DNA of 64,000 bases from an uncultured Thermoplasmatales archaeon (GTDB taxonomy: Archaea; Thermoplasmatota; E2; DHVEG-1): NCBI GenBank assembly GCA_964406955.1, contig CAYOTP010000001.1:5240-69239 (forward strand), written 5' to 3'. The notes under the pieces are model-generated. The model made no database searches and was not told the DNA's origin. It saw nothing but the letters and a program-made list of their open reading frames with translations. Position numbers and translations under genes: made by a program. Position 1 is the first letter of the stretch; the number at the start of each line of letters is the position of its first letter. Shown here one piece after another: positions 18,279 through 27,784 of this stretch.

Positions 18279-18994
18279 TGTACGCTCACCTCAGGTATTG
18301 CAATGACTGGTTTTGTTTTTCCAATGGGGAAAACATATCGCTCAAGAGTTGTAAATTTGTTATTGCCTGACATTTTTGCCACATTTGGTTTTGATGATTT
18401 AATCAATGATACATCATCAAGAGTGGCCATCTCTCCAATGTGACTTCCACCAATGATAAATGAAATCGTTCCCTTGGAACGAGGATAAACATCTGAAATC
18501 GAATGATCCTTCAACATTATTTTTAACACGTCGCCTACTTTGTAGGTATTTTCCTTAGCAATGATATTTGTCCCATCATGAAGGTTTAACTGTGTCTTGC
18601 TACCTTTTAACGTAGTTTTATTTTCTATGCGTAATAATTTCCATTCAGCATCGGATGCTGAAATTGTGACAAGAGATAATCTACCCCGTCGGTCGAACAC
18701 AATTCGATATTGTTTTTTTAAGTTAGGAATGGAAATAACATCCATAAATCCAAGGGGAAATTGAATATCTTTTCGAATAACACCATCGATGAGAATATCT
18801 CCTTGACTAAGAATTCTTTTCGCCTCTCGACGGGTATCACAGAGATGAAGATAATCACGAATCACGATACCAAGTGGAATGGAATGGCTCAATGAATGTG
18901 GGCCAGGTGAAGATCGGATTGTCCATTTTTTTTCCTTACGATGTAAAAGAAGCGTTCGTGGTGCATTCAATCGTTTCATATGATGGCTGCTCAT
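18275..18994 (-). CDS. rps4e: 30S ribosomal protein eS4
   Basis: HMKRLNAPRTL N-terminus with S4 RNA-binding and KOW domains. 239 aa. Confidence 0.9.
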   Translation of the reverse strand: MSSHHMKRLNAPRTLLLHRKEKKWTIRSSPGPHSLSHSIPLGIVIRDYLHLCDTRREAKRILSQGDILIDGVIRKDIQFPLGFMDVISIPNLKKQYRIVFDRRGRLSLVTISASDAEWKLLRIENKTTLKGSKTQLNLHDGTNIIAKENTYKVGDVLKIMLKDHSISDVYPRSKGTISFIIGGSHIGEMATLDDVSLIKSSKPNVAKMSGNNKFTTLERYVFPIGKTKPVIAIPEVSVQ

Positions 18995-18996
18995 GG

Positions 18997-19692
18997 TTAT
19001 TCTTCCTCCTTTGTATCAGCTTGTTTTTTCTTTTTTTCCCCAACTGTTTTTTCCTCTATTGTTTCATCTTCTGTATTCTTTGAAGCATCTTTACTTTCCT
19101 CTTCTGAGGGTTCTTTTGATTCACCGGTGCTCTCGATTTCTTCATCGGTATCTTGAGTTTCACGTTCATCTGAAGATTCAGAAACTTCACTTGCTTGTTC
19201 AGCTTCAGGCTCGATAGTTTCCTCTTCGGCTTCTTTTTCCTGTCTTAATCGTTCTTCTTCAGCTTTCCGTTTTTCTTCTTTTAATTCTTCAAGCTGAATG
19301 TTTGCTTCCTTTTCAATTTCCTTTTTTGTTTCAGAAGATAAACCTTCCTCGAGACGTTTCCGCCTCCATTTATCCGTAAGATTAAGTTTCGTAATTAGTA
19401 GATTACTTGGATGAACCGGTTTAGCCACTTGTTTTCCATCCGCTTTTGTAATGGTGACACCTTCAACCTCGACCTGATGTTTTTTCAGATGAATCTTTGT
19501 GACCTTATTCTCATGACCTTTGAACGCGCCACGCATGATTTTTATACTGTCTCCTTTCACGAGTGGAACCTGTCTTTTATCATACTTCAACAGTAAATTT
19601 TCTTCCAAATGGGAAGAAAGCTGTTTTCTTCTTTGATGTAATGCAGCGTTGAAAAACGCCTTTTTTTGTTTCCGTGCTTTAATTGATTTCAT
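18997..19692 (-). CDS. rpl24: 50S ribosomal protein uL24 (KOW) with ~110-aa acidic/lysine-rich C-terminal extension
   Basis: N-terminal L24 core (VKGDSIKIMRGAFKGHENKVTKI). The C-terminal half is E/K/S/D low complexity. Confidence 0.85.
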   Translation of the reverse strand: MKSIKARKQKKAFFNAALHQRRKQLSSHLEENLLLKYDKRQVPLVKGDSIKIMRGAFKGHENKVTKIHLKKHQVEVEGVTITKADGKQVAKPVHPSNLLITKLNLTDKWRRKRLEEGLSSETKKEIEKEANIQLEELKEEKRKAEEERLRQEKEAEEETIEPEAEQASEVSESSDERETQDTDEEIESTGESKEPSEEESKDASKNTEDETIEEKTVGEKKKKQADTKEEE

Positions 19693-19707
19693 AGGTCATA
19701 CACTCAT

Positions 19708-20106
19708 TCACACTATAATTGAAGCATTTGCCGCAATCCGAGGCCATCGTTCAGCTGCCTCCAATGCAACAGGGCCTTTAATTATCGATCCTTTTGTTTC
19801 TCCAGTGTCGGTCACAATGACTGCAGCATTATCTTCAAATTGCACCATTGTTCCATCAGATCGGCGGAAAGGACGCCTCTGCCGAACGATCACGGCTTTT
19901 AGCAATTGTCTACGCATATCTGCTGCACCTTTCTTCACAGTGATAATTACCATATCCCCGACACCTGCCTGTGGATAACGACGATGTGTTCCTTTTAATT
20001 TTGGTGTAGCAACAATCTCAACGATTTTTGCTCCTGTATTGTCAATGCATTCCAACCGGGCACCAGTTGGAAGACCTCTCATTGTTCTACCAGCAATTCC
20101 TTTCAT
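19708..20106 (-). CDS. rpl14: 50S ribosomal protein uL14
   Basis: Start taken at MKGIAGRT (132 aa, matches archaeal L14 length). The longer tracked ORF would overlap rps17. DNTGAK...[10 protein letters not shown] motifs present. Confidence 0.9.
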   Translation of the reverse strand: MKGIAGRTMRGLPTGARLECIDNTGAKIVEIVATPKLKGTHRRYPQAGVGDMVIITVKKGAADMRRQLLKAVIVRQRRPFRRSDGTMVQFEDNAAVIVTDTGETKGSIIKGPVALEAAERWPRIAANASIIV

Positions 20107-20119
20107 ATCATCTTCTCCA

Positions 20120-20458
20120 TCATAGTTTCTCAATTGCAACAAAGGATACTGTCTTACTTAAGGGACGGCATTCTGCTATGCGAACCTTATCCCCTTGTTT
20201 TATGTTAAGACATGGGGGGCAATGGGCAGCATATAATGACGTCCTTTTTTGATAACGCTCATATTTTGGGACATGTTGCATGTATTCTCTTTTGACAACA
20301 ATGGTATGTTGCATTTTTGTTGTTGATACAACCCCTGTGATAATTTGCCCTCTCAAGGATAATTTTCCATGGAAAGGACAAAATTGATCCGTACATGTAT
20401 CTTTTGGTGGGATGACGTTAATCCCAATGTTACGTGACTTGATTGTTTTTTCAGCCAT
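20120..20458 (-). CDS. rps17: 30S ribosomal protein uS17
   Basis: Archaeal S17 with an N-terminal Cys cluster ([10 protein letters not shown]) and OB fold. Confidence 0.9.
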   Translation of the reverse strand: MAEKTIKSRNIGINVIPPKDTCTDQFCPFHGKLSLRGQIITGVVSTTKMQHTIVVKREYMQHVPKYERYQKRTSLYAAHCPPCLNIKQGDKVRIAECRPLSKTVSFVAIEKL

Positions 20459-20467
20459 ATGCTTTTT

Positions 20468-20743
20468 TCACCTTGCTTTTTTTATTCTATCTTCAGGTCT
20501 ATAGGAGATTTTTGATCCATTTAGTCGAATGGTTTTGCTTGATGATACCTTAAACGTTGCTGTTTTCTTTTCTATTCGTTTAATGGTATGATCCATATCG
20601 ATGAGGAAGAGATGTTGTGTTTCATCAATGATGATTCCTTGTTTTCCAATCCATGTTGGATCAGTACAGCGTTCAATGGTGACCATGCACCCAATGAACT
20701 CATCTTTTAATGGAGGAATAGATTTCATACCATTGGTCCTCAT
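20468..20743 (-). CDS. rnp1: ribonuclease P protein component 1 (Rpp29/Pop4)
   Basis: Rpp29 Sm-like core (IGKQGIIIDETQHLFLI). Canonical position between rpl29/SUI1 and rps17 in archaeal clusters. Confidence 0.7.
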   Translation of the reverse strand: MRTNGMKSIPPLKDEFIGCMVTIERCTDPTWIGKQGIIIDETQHLFLIDMDHTIKRIEKKTATFKVSSSKTIRLNGSKISYRPEDRIKKAR

Positions 20744-20773
20744 CTTTGCGAATGTAATTTTTTTAGTAGGATA

Positions 20774-21073
20774 TTACGTGATTTCTACGATAAATCCCAT
20801 TTCTTCAAGTGTTTCCTTAACTTTTGAACGGTGATCGCCTTGTAGCTCAATTTTACCATCTTTAATGGTTCCGCCACTTGCACATTTTTTCTTTAATTTT
20901 GTAATGAGCGAATCAAGGTCCAATTCATTTGGATTGATACCATCTACGATGGTCATCATTTTACCGTATCTTCGCTTATCAACAGTGATTTCGATTTTTT
21001 GTTGTTCTCGGGCGATATCTTCGCAGACACAAACTTCTTTAGGTAGGCCACATTTTGGGCATATTTCACTCAT
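20774..21073 (-). CDS. translation initiation factor aSUI1 (eIF1 homologue) with N-terminal zinc ribbon
   Basis: [13 protein letters not shown] zinc ribbon plus the SUI1 domain ([23 protein letters not shown]). Confidence 0.85.
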   Translation of the reverse strand: MSEICPKCGLPKEVCVCEDIAREQQKIEITVDKRRYGKMMTIVDGINPNELDLDSLITKLKKKCASGGTIKDGKIELQGDHRSKVKETLEEMGFIVEIT

Positions 21074-21274
21074 TTATTGCTCTCCTTCCTCCAGCATTAT
21101 AGTTAATAACCGAGCAATGGCTATACGTAACTGCCTAATTTTTCCGGGAGATGGAGGTGATCCACCCATAGCAGCTATACCTCGTTCATGCATTAATTCT
21201 CGTTTCAACTCTTCCAATTTATCTTTCCGTTCATCAGGAGTGAATTCGCGTATTTCCTTTGATTTTAATACCAT
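21074..21274 (-). CDS. rpl29: 50S ribosomal protein uL29
   Basis: 66 aa with the L29 helical pattern (ELKRELMHERGIAAMGG). Confidence 0.85.
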   Translation of the reverse strand: MVLKSKEIREFTPDERKDKLEELKRELMHERGIAAMGGSPPSPGKIRQLRIAIARLLTIMLEEGEQ

Positions 21275-21290
21275 ATATGTTCACACTCCT

Positions 21291-22184
21291 TTATTCCAAT
21301 ATTTTCTTAAGTTCTTTGATGATGTTTTCAGCGGTTTTCTTTCCAATTCCTTCAATGGATGAAAGATCTTCTGCATCCATCTCAAAAACCTCTTCAAGTG
21401 AATGAACACCAGCTTTTTCGAATTTTTTAATAAGTGAAGGGCCAACACCAGGAATCTCAGTAAGTTTATGAATATCGGTTTTTTTCTCTTCTTTGATTTC
21501 GCTTTTCTTTTCAACTGGTTTTTCTTTTGTTTTCTCTTTCTTTGTTTTTTCAGAGGATTTTCCTTCTTTATCCTTTTTTGGTGATTTTGGGACAAGAATA
21601 TCAATTTCATCAGGCAATATAGCATCAGGTTTCATAATACCTACTTTTACACCTAGTACTCCAGCTTTTAATTTAGCAACAGCAAAACCTCTATCCATTA
21701 CTTGTTTGGCAGTTTCACCGCAGTATTTGATGTGACCTTGGGTGAATTTTTCAGTTCGATGACGGGATCCAGTGATTTTTCCTGCAATAACCACTTGGCA
21801 TCCTTTTGCACCTGCCCCCATGATACGCCGCACTGTTGAGTGTCCAGCTCGACGAAAATGCCAGCCTCTTTCCAAAGCCTCGGCTAGTTTTTCTGCCATG
21901 ATCTGGGCGTTCAATGCTGCAGAGCTTCCCGCCTCTTGAATTTCAATTTGTGGATTATCCACATCGAATTTCTCACGAATATCCGAAGTGATTTGTTTAA
22001 TTTTAGAACCACCCTTTCCAATGACCATTCCGGGTCTTTCTACAATAATGTTTATTCGTGTCCCCATAGGCGTTCGTTGAATGGTCATGCCGCCAAAACC
22101 AGCACCTTCAACTTTTTTGATAAGGAATTCTTTAATGAGGATTCGATTTGTACTTTCCCTGATAAATTTTCGTTCGCCTGCCAT
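21291..22184 (-). CDS. rps3: 30S ribosomal protein uS3 with K-rich linker and C-terminal HhH domain
   Basis: KH domain plus S3 C-terminal domain (GMVIGKGGSKIKQI). Then KSPKKDKEGKSSEKTKKEK... and HhH-like IPGVGPSLIKKFEKAGVHSLEEV ... IEGIGKKTAENI. Confidence 0.9.
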   Translation of the reverse strand: MAGERKFIRESTNRILIKEFLIKKVEGAGFGGMTIQRTPMGTRINIIVERPGMVIGKGGSKIKQITSDIREKFDVDNPQIEIQEAGSSAALNAQIMAEKLAEALERGWHFRRAGHSTVRRIMGAGAKGCQVVIAGKITGSRHRTEKFTQGHIKYCGETAKQVMDRGFAVAKLKAGVLGVKVGIMKPDAILPDEIDILVPKSPKKDKEGKSSEKTKKEKTKEKPVEKKSEIKEEKKTDIHKLTEIPGVGPSLIKKFEKAGVHSLEEVFEMDAEDLSSIEGIGKKTAENIIKELKKILE

Positions 22185-22630
22185 TACTCTTCCTCTTCAA
22201 TGATTATTTCAACATTTGTCGTCATTTTATTTTTATCCGTTGCACGACCTTGAGCACGGGGCATAAATCCTTTGATGATACGTCCCCGGTACGTGGACAT
22301 ATGTTTAATTCGCATGTTTTCTACATCAAAACCCTTATATTCTGCATTATTCTCAGCGTTTTTCAAGATCTTTAATAAATATCGCGCAGCTTTCTGAGGG
22401 AATTTTCCAGGACCAATACCTTTTTGATGACTGATCTTTCGCTTATGATATATAGCAGGTACCGCTCGTTTCAACTCAATAACCTCTTCAAGGTATTGTT
22501 TTGCAGCTTCAACCTTCATTCCTCTCAGCGCACGAGCAATATTTTTTGAATCTTTCGGTGAGCAATGAAGCTCATACCCATAAGCCTTTGCAGTTTTATC
22601 TGGATCTAATTCATTTGAATATCGTTGCAT
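22184..22630 (-). CDS. rpl22: 50S ribosomal protein uL22
   Basis: L22 pattern with an acidic C-terminal end. Confidence 0.9.
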   Translation of the reverse strand: MQRYSNELDPDKTAKAYGYELHCSPKDSKNIARALRGMKVEAAKQYLEEVIELKRAVPAIYHKRKISHQKGIGPGKFPQKAARYLLKILKNAENNAEYKGFDVENMRIKHMSTYRGRIIKGFMPRAQGRATDKNKMTTNVEIIIEEEE

Positions 22631-22636
22631 ATATCA

Positions 22637-23071
22637 TCACTTCAATGGCATAAATTTGGAAGATCGTGTAGCTCCCACACCTGGGCCAGTATGTTTTACC
22701 TTCTTTCTTGTTAGTGCAAATTCTCCTGTATAATGTCCAATCATATGAGGCTCAATTTTCACCTCTTGAAATTCATTTCCATTATAAATTGCGATTTTAT
22801 GATCTATAAAACTGGGGAGAATGATCATATCTCGAAGATGTGTTCGAATAACAGTATCATGATCTGCTTTTTGAATGTCTGAGTAAAGTTTCTGTTGACG
22901 CGGAGTGAATCCTCTTTTTAAACTTCGTCTCATTCGAGAGGGAAGAAGAGGTATCAATTCGCTCAGAGATAATTTTTTCACTTCCTCCAAGCTTAAACCA
23001 TGAAATCGGTACTCTGTCTTTTTAACCTCAATCTTCTTACGTCGTTGTTTCCTCTGTGATCTAGTTACCAT
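22637..23071 (-). CDS. rps19: 30S ribosomal protein uS19
   Basis: IAIYNGNEFQEVKIEPHMIGHYTGEFALTRK S19 signature. Confidence 0.9.
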   Translation of the reverse strand: MVTRSQRKQRRKKIEVKKTEYRFHGLSLEEVKKLSLSELIPLLPSRMRRSLKRGFTPRQQKLYSDIQKADHDTVIRTHLRDMIILPSFIDHKIAIYNGNEFQEVKIEPHMIGHYTGEFALTRKKVKHTGPGVGATRSSKFMPLK

Positions 23072-23073
23072 GA

Positions 23074-23784
23074 TTATTTCCTCCCTGTACGTTTAGCAGC
23101 AATACTACCGACTTTTCTACCGGGAGAGGCTCCACGTTTGACCGTATATGGTTTTCCAACATGTTGATGCCCTCCACCACCGTGAGGATGGGCAACAGGG
23201 TTCATTGCAACACCACGGACAACAGGATGTTGTTTTCCTGTAACCCGTTTTGCAATATGTTTTTTACCTGCTTTTAAGAACGGTTTATCTTTCCGCCCAC
23301 CGCCAGCAACGGCACCAATGGTAGCTCGACATGCTGATGGAATCGTTTTAAAGTGACCTGAGGGTAATCGAATAACTGTTTTATCTGATCCATGTGAGAC
23401 AACAGTTGCACTACTTCCCCCAGCACGTACCATTTTTCCACCATCTCCTGGACTCAATTCAATATTATAAACTGGATATCCTTCTTCGATCTGACCAACT
23501 GGAATAATATTTCCGGGCTCCATATCTTCAACATCATTTGAAAATTTAATGATATCTCCAACCTTTGCACCCTCTGAAGCAAGAACCTTAATGGTTCTAT
23601 TATTTTCCATTCGGACAATAGCAAGAGGTGCAGTTCTTCCAGGATCATGAATGAAATCCTCGATTACTCCTTGATTTGGTTCATTGCTCTGGTGATATCG
23701 AATTTTTCCACGATATCGGTGTGAAGGAACAGTATATCGGCCATTGAATCTGCCTCTTCTCTGTTGGATTAATCTTTTTCCCAT
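23074..23784 (-). CDS. rpl2: 50S ribosomal protein uL2
   Basis: Start set at MGKRLIQQRRGR (the archaeal L2 start). The upstream in-frame Met would overlap rpl23. GGGRKD...HPHGGGGHQH motif. Confidence 0.9.
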   Translation of the reverse strand: MGKRLIQQRRGRFNGRYTVPSHRYRGKIRYHQSNEPNQGVIEDFIHDPGRTAPLAIVRMENNRTIKVLASEGAKVGDIIKFSNDVEDMEPGNIIPVGQIEEGYPVYNIELSPGDGGKMVRAGGSSATVVSHGSDKTVIRLPSGHFKTIPSACRATIGAVAGGGRKDKPFLKAGKKHIAKRVTGKQHPVVRGVAMNPVAHPHGGGGHQHVGKPYTVKRGASPGRKVGSIAAKRTGRK

Positions 23785-23794
23785 GTTTTCACCT

Positions 23795-24052
23795 TTAGAA
23801 TACACCTATTCTCATGCCAATATCCTCTGCATCATATTCTGGCGTGAAGGTGACAATTGCGTGTTTTCCATCTTTTGAAATTTTAGTATTAACATTTTCC
23901 ACTTCAACATCAAACAAGAGTTCCACAGCTTTTTTGATTGTGGTTTTGCTTGCTGTTTTTCGAACGATAAATTCTAATGCATTATTATTTTCCATAAGAT
24001 TCATTGTTTTTTCAGTCACATATGGGTGAAAAACAATCTGATAAGGATCCAT
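23795..24052 (-). CDS. rpl23: 50S ribosomal protein uL23
   Basis: 85 aa with the L23 fold pattern. Confidence 0.9.
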   Translation of the reverse strand: MDPYQIVFHPYVTEKTMNLMENNNALEFIVRKTASKTTIKKAVELLFDVEVENVNTKISKDGKHAIVTFTPEYDAEDIGMRIGVF

Positions 24053-24822
24053 CAGGCATCACCTGTAAACGTTTTAAGAGCTGATTTTGTGATAAGTATC
24101 AGCCGGCCACTTGTGCCTCCAGGGGCAAGATGTTCGATATTTATCTGTTTTGGATGGGTAATATCGATTCCAGTCAGGTTCTGCGAACCTTTCAGACTAG
24201 ATGGTTTAGATGAAACAATAAGGAGTGACTTTGGTGTTTTGTATTTCCTTCCACGACGTTTTCCCTTTCCAGCACGAATATGTTTCCCGTTTTTCGCTCG
24301 TATGACATCTTCATACACGCCAAGGTCTTGAAGTACTTTAATCACATCTTTTGTTTTAGTCAATGTCTCAAATTCATCATCGACAACAAGGGGGAGAGTG
24401 ATCTTTTCATCAAATAAATGACCCCTTTTGGAAACAAGTTCTTTATTTGCAGTTGCAGCTAAGGCTGAATGGCGTGCCATTCTTTTCTCATTCTTATTTA
24501 TTTTTTCATGCCAGATTCTTTCAGGTGTTGGAGGATGTGCTCGTCTACCACCAACAACACAAGGTGCCAGTGCAGCTTGTCTTCCTTGAGTGAGACGGGG
24601 AACTCTAGACATTCCACGCCCTTTGCCAACCGATGCTGTTGCATGATTTGCACCAGCTCGTGAGTTTGGACCATATGGTTGTCGTTTATTGGCGGATAAT
24701 GAATTGAAAGATTTTCTGATGACATCTGGTCGAAATGGAGTTTCGAAGATTGATGGAAGAGAAATTTTTTCTTTTGTTGAACCATCTATGCCATACACAT
24801 TTACTTTTACCATCGTGCTCAT
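24052..24822 (-). CDS. rpl4: 50S ribosomal protein uL4
   Basis: 256 aa with L4 signature regions. Confidence 0.9.
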   Translation of the reverse strand: MSTMVKVNVYGIDGSTKEKISLPSIFETPFRPDVIRKSFNSLSANKRQPYGPNSRAGANHATASVGKGRGMSRVPRLTQGRQAALAPCVVGGRRAHPPTPERIWHEKINKNEKRMARHSALAATANKELVSKRGHLFDEKITLPLVVDDEFETLTKTKDVIKVLQDLGVYEDVIRAKNGKHIRAGKGKRRGRKYKTPKSLLIVSSKPSSLKGSQNLTGIDITHPKQINIEHLAPGGTSGRLILITKSALKTFTGDA

Positions 24823-25811
24823 ACTCCTTGTTTGCTTGTAGTTGAAATATAACTTATTTCGGCTTTCTCCACTTTTACACCACGTTTATATCTTATGGCA
24901 TCTCGCATACTTACCACGCGTTTTGTTGGTCCGGGGATGGAGCCATGAATGAGAACATATGAATTATTCACCTTACCATAATGGGGAAATCCACCTGCCG
25001 GGGTGATATCCTCACCATTCTCTCCTATTTTTAATATACGTTTGTTATATTCAGTTCGTTGATGATATCCCATCTGTCCTGCTTGGGGTACTGTAGCCTG
25101 GATCCAATTTGGATGCCAAGATCCTGCGGTTCCGATCATTCGGCGATGTTTTGAGTTTTTATGAGTGAGCAATTTAACACCCCATCGTTGGACATGACCT
25201 TGAAATCCTTTTCCTTTTGTAATTGCAATGATGTCTAACATATCTCCTTCCCGAATCACGTCATTAATCGAAAGCTCTTTACCAATGATTTCTTTAACAT
25301 AAGTAATTCGTTCATCGATGCTTCCTCCGCTAACTCGCATTTCTCTTATTTCAGGAACCTTTTTTGGTATGCCCGTCACAAATTTTGGTTGTGTGTAAAC
25401 AAGAACTCGAACATCATCACAGTTTTTTGCCATATCCCAGTTTTGTTCTTTCTTTTTCTTTGGAAGTGATAACCTTTTCGCTAGTTCAGCATCTAATTTT
25501 TCACTCCAGATCTCCCCAATTGTTTCAAGGCCCTGATTCGTTTTTATATAGAAACGAGCAGCTGCGATTTTCATTGGTGGTGTTTCCACAACAGAAACAG
25601 GCATGATTACTTCTCTACCTGATGTAGTGGACGTCGGTCTGTAATCGATGACAAATGCATGGGTCATTCCTGCTTTGTATCCCATGAATCCTTGAATCTT
25701 TGGTTTGTCTCCACCTTTTGGCCAGTTGCTAATATGGGGTGTTTGTGATCGTGCTCTTTTTCTTGGCGAATATGCCATTGATCCTCTTCTTGGATGATGA
25801 TTCTTTGACAT
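24819..25811 (-). CDS. rpl3: 50S ribosomal protein uL3
   Basis: 330 aa. First gene of the cluster, with a ~300-bp noncoding region upstream. Confidence 0.9.
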   Translation of the reverse strand: MSKNHHPRRGSMAYSPRKRARSQTPHISNWPKGGDKPKIQGFMGYKAGMTHAFVIDYRPTSTTSGREVIMPVSVVETPPMKIAAARFYIKTNQGLETIGEIWSEKLDAELAKRLSLPKKKKEQNWDMAKNCDDVRVLVYTQPKFVTGIPKKVPEIREMRVSGGSIDERITYVKEIIGKELSINDVIREGDMLDIIAITKGKGFQGHVQRWGVKLLTHKNSKHRRMIGTAGSWHPNWIQATVPQAGQMGYHQRTEYNKRILKIGENGEDITPAGGFPHYGKVNNSYVLIHGSIPGPTKRVVSMRDAIRYKRGVKVEKAEISYISTTSKQGV

Positions 25812-25839
25812 TATATATCATCTCAGCTAATGTTGTTTA

Positions 25840-25860
25840 ACTGTATTTTAATGAATGGAA
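25840..25860 (-). promoter_or_regulatory. candidate BRE/TATA element for the rpl3-led ribosomal operon
   Basis: A/T-rich ATTAAAATA on the coding strand about 30-40 nt upstream of the rpl3 ATG. Position only, no experimental support. Confidence 0.25.
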
Positions 25861-26109
25861 TTTTTATTGTGTGTTTGTCACTTTGTTTATACCGTGACAT
25901 GGTTCCAAGCAATCGAAAATAATCTCTTGTGATTACTTGGCTTCGGGGTTCACGGGGGAATTGCCCGATATTGTCTGGTATAAACGAGGAAACTACGGAT
26001 AAGAAAAATGGTATTTAAATGTTGTCCCTGAAGTTGCTTGGATGGGTCACTATCTGATTATCGCTAAATTTGTGTTTTTTCCCTTATCGATCGATGAAAC
26101 CAAAATATC

Positions 26110-26583
26110 CTAAAAAAGCTTTGGAATTAATCGCCAGGGAGTTTTTTTCATATATTTTTTATAGTTTTCACCGTATTGTTTGATCAAACATTGTTCTTCA
26201 TCAAGAATGCTTAATATCATGATGGGAATGGCAATGGTTGCAAGGATGAGTGCTGCTATTGAATGAAAAAAGAGTGCAAGACCATATCCGATGATTAAAA
26301 GGGAGGTATAATGGGGGTGTCGGATGGTTGAACATATGCCATTTGTAACAAGTTGGCCATGGAATGTTTGATGCCAAAACAGTTCCCATTTAAAATAAAG
26401 AAATGTTCCAGCTAGAAATACGATAGCTCCGGTTATTATAGTTGGAACTTGTGGGAATGGAATGTGCCAGATGTTAAAAAAAACGGTTTGTGGCCCAATC
26501 ATAATGATGAGGAGTAATGGTGCATAGTGTATGATGAAAAGTGGGCGAAGGGTTTTTGGTGGTTTATATGATATTAATGTCAT
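26110..26583 (-). CDS. isoprenylcysteine carboxyl methyltransferase (ICMT)-family membrane methyltransferase
   Basis: RHPHY motif and C-terminal EEQCLIKQYGENYKKY (the EE...L...G..Y..Y ICMT signature). 4-5 TM helices. Confidence 0.6.
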   Translation of the reverse strand: MTLISYKPPKTLRPLFIIHYAPLLLIIMIGPQTVFFNIWHIPFPQVPTIITGAIVFLAGTFLYFKWELFWHQTFHGQLVTNGICSTIRHPHYTSLLIIGYGLALFFHSIAALILATIAIPIMILSILDEEQCLIKQYGENYKKYMKKTPWRLIPKLF

Positions 26584-26594
26584 AATTTGGGTGT

Positions 26595-27470
26595 TTATTG
26601 AATAACGATTCCTTTATCCGTTATCATCATATTCTGTGGTTTCAAGGAATGCTTTGTATTTCTCATTTTCACTATAGATAATTTCCTTCGATCCATTGTA
26701 GTATCATAGCTAAGAGTGATAACACCATCGGCAAGGAATTCAGAGATACCATCTCTTGAAAGGGCAGTTGATCCGAGTTGTAATTCTGAAGTAACGACTG
26801 CAGTTGCTCCTGATGTTTCAAGAGCATTCATGATGTATCGAAGATGCCGTCTTTGAGGTGTGTGAGTGGATTTAGCGTTTTGTTCGTTAACAATGCTATA
26901 GTTTGGGGGAGTATGTTCAGGATTTCTAATGAACATTGGCATTTCAGATAGTGGAGTGATTGAATCAAGTATGATCCGGTCATATCCTCCATTTAGAATT
27001 TCTTCACTCATACTTTCATAGATGAGTTTTTGGTTGATATCCAGATAACGAAATTTTACTGTTCCTTGTTCGATGGCATCTTGAAAATCAAATCCTAGAT
27101 TTTTAGCTTGAAATATTAGTCCCTCTTCTCTTTTATCTAAGGTTAGATATAGTATTTTTTCATTGTTTTTCATTCCTTCATTGAGAAAATGGAAACAAAA
27201 GATACTTTTTCCAGATCCGGGTGATCCTGAGATGAGGGTTATGGATTGTTTGGGAAGCCCACCTTGAATAGCTGTATCTAGATTAGGTATTCCCGTTGTT
27301 ATTCTATGTACACAATTTACCCGTTTTGCAAAGATTTCATCCATCATTGTTGATCCCATCCTTTTATTTCGTATATTGTATATCATATTTGGGTTTTTAG
27401 CTGTTATGGTTCTTTTTGGGAGCTTATTAGCATTGCTCATTGTTCTGGTTAATAAGCTTTTAGGATACAA
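26595..27470 (-). CDS. KaiC-like RecA-superfamily ATPase (COG0467-type)
   Basis: Walker A ISGSPGSGKSIFCF. ILDSITPL. C-terminal KMRNTKHS...ITDKGIVI. N-terminal ~60-aa basic extension. Confidence 0.7.
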   Translation of the reverse strand: MYPKSLLTRTMSNANKLPKRTITAKNPNMIYNIRNKRMGSTMMDEIFAKRVNCVHRITTGIPNLDTAIQGGLPKQSITLISGSPGSGKSIFCFHFLNEGMKNNEKILYLTLDKREEGLIFQAKNLGFDFQDAIEQGTVKFRYLDINQKLIYESMSEEILNGGYDRIILDSITPLSEMPMFIRNPEHTPPNYSIVNEQNAKSTHTPQRRHLRYIMNALETSGATAVVTSELQLGSTALSRDGISEFLADGVITLSYDTTMDRRKLSIVKMRNTKHSLKPQNMMITDKGIVIQ

Positions 27471-27528
27471 AAAAGAAATATTTATATACTTTGTAAAATA
27501 AAAATAATAGTAGTAACTAAAATGTCAG

Positions 27529-27771
27529 GTGCCATACATGGAAATGAAAAAAACAAACATTTGGATTTGGCTGCAAAACGGACAATTGTTCAAATCCGTT
27601 TCAAGCTCTGAAGATGGAACCGTTTGCATTTATGATGCAAATGATCAACTTATGTTAAAAAGAACAGGGCTTAATAAATTACAAGTTAAACAGATTGAGC
27701 AATATATTCAACGGTATGGCGCTAAAAAACTCAACAAAAACGCTGAACCATTTCGATTTCTTGGAAAATAA
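27529..27771 (+). CDS. hypothetical small protein (80 aa)
   Basis: Isolated plus-strand ORF between the two KaiC-like genes. No recognisable motif. Confidence 0.3.
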   Translation: MPYMEMKKTNIWIWLQNGQLFKSVSSSEDGTVCIYDANDQLMLKRTGLNKLQVKQIEQYIQRYGAKKLNKNAEPFRFLGK

Positions 27772-27784
27772 TAAAGTCATTGAT

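Noticed and set aside
21281-21625. 114-aa lysine-rich ORF on the same strand as rps3 in another frame
   Set aside because: Alternate frame of the AAG/AAA-rich linker of uS3. The uS3 frame is continuous and conserved.
25812-26109. Possible structured ncRNA upstream of rpl3 (GC-richer patch GGCTTCGGGGTTCACGGGGGAATTGCCCG)
   Set aside because: No tRNA, C/D or other recognisable fold could be built by eye. More likely leader/promoter sequence of the ribosomal operon.
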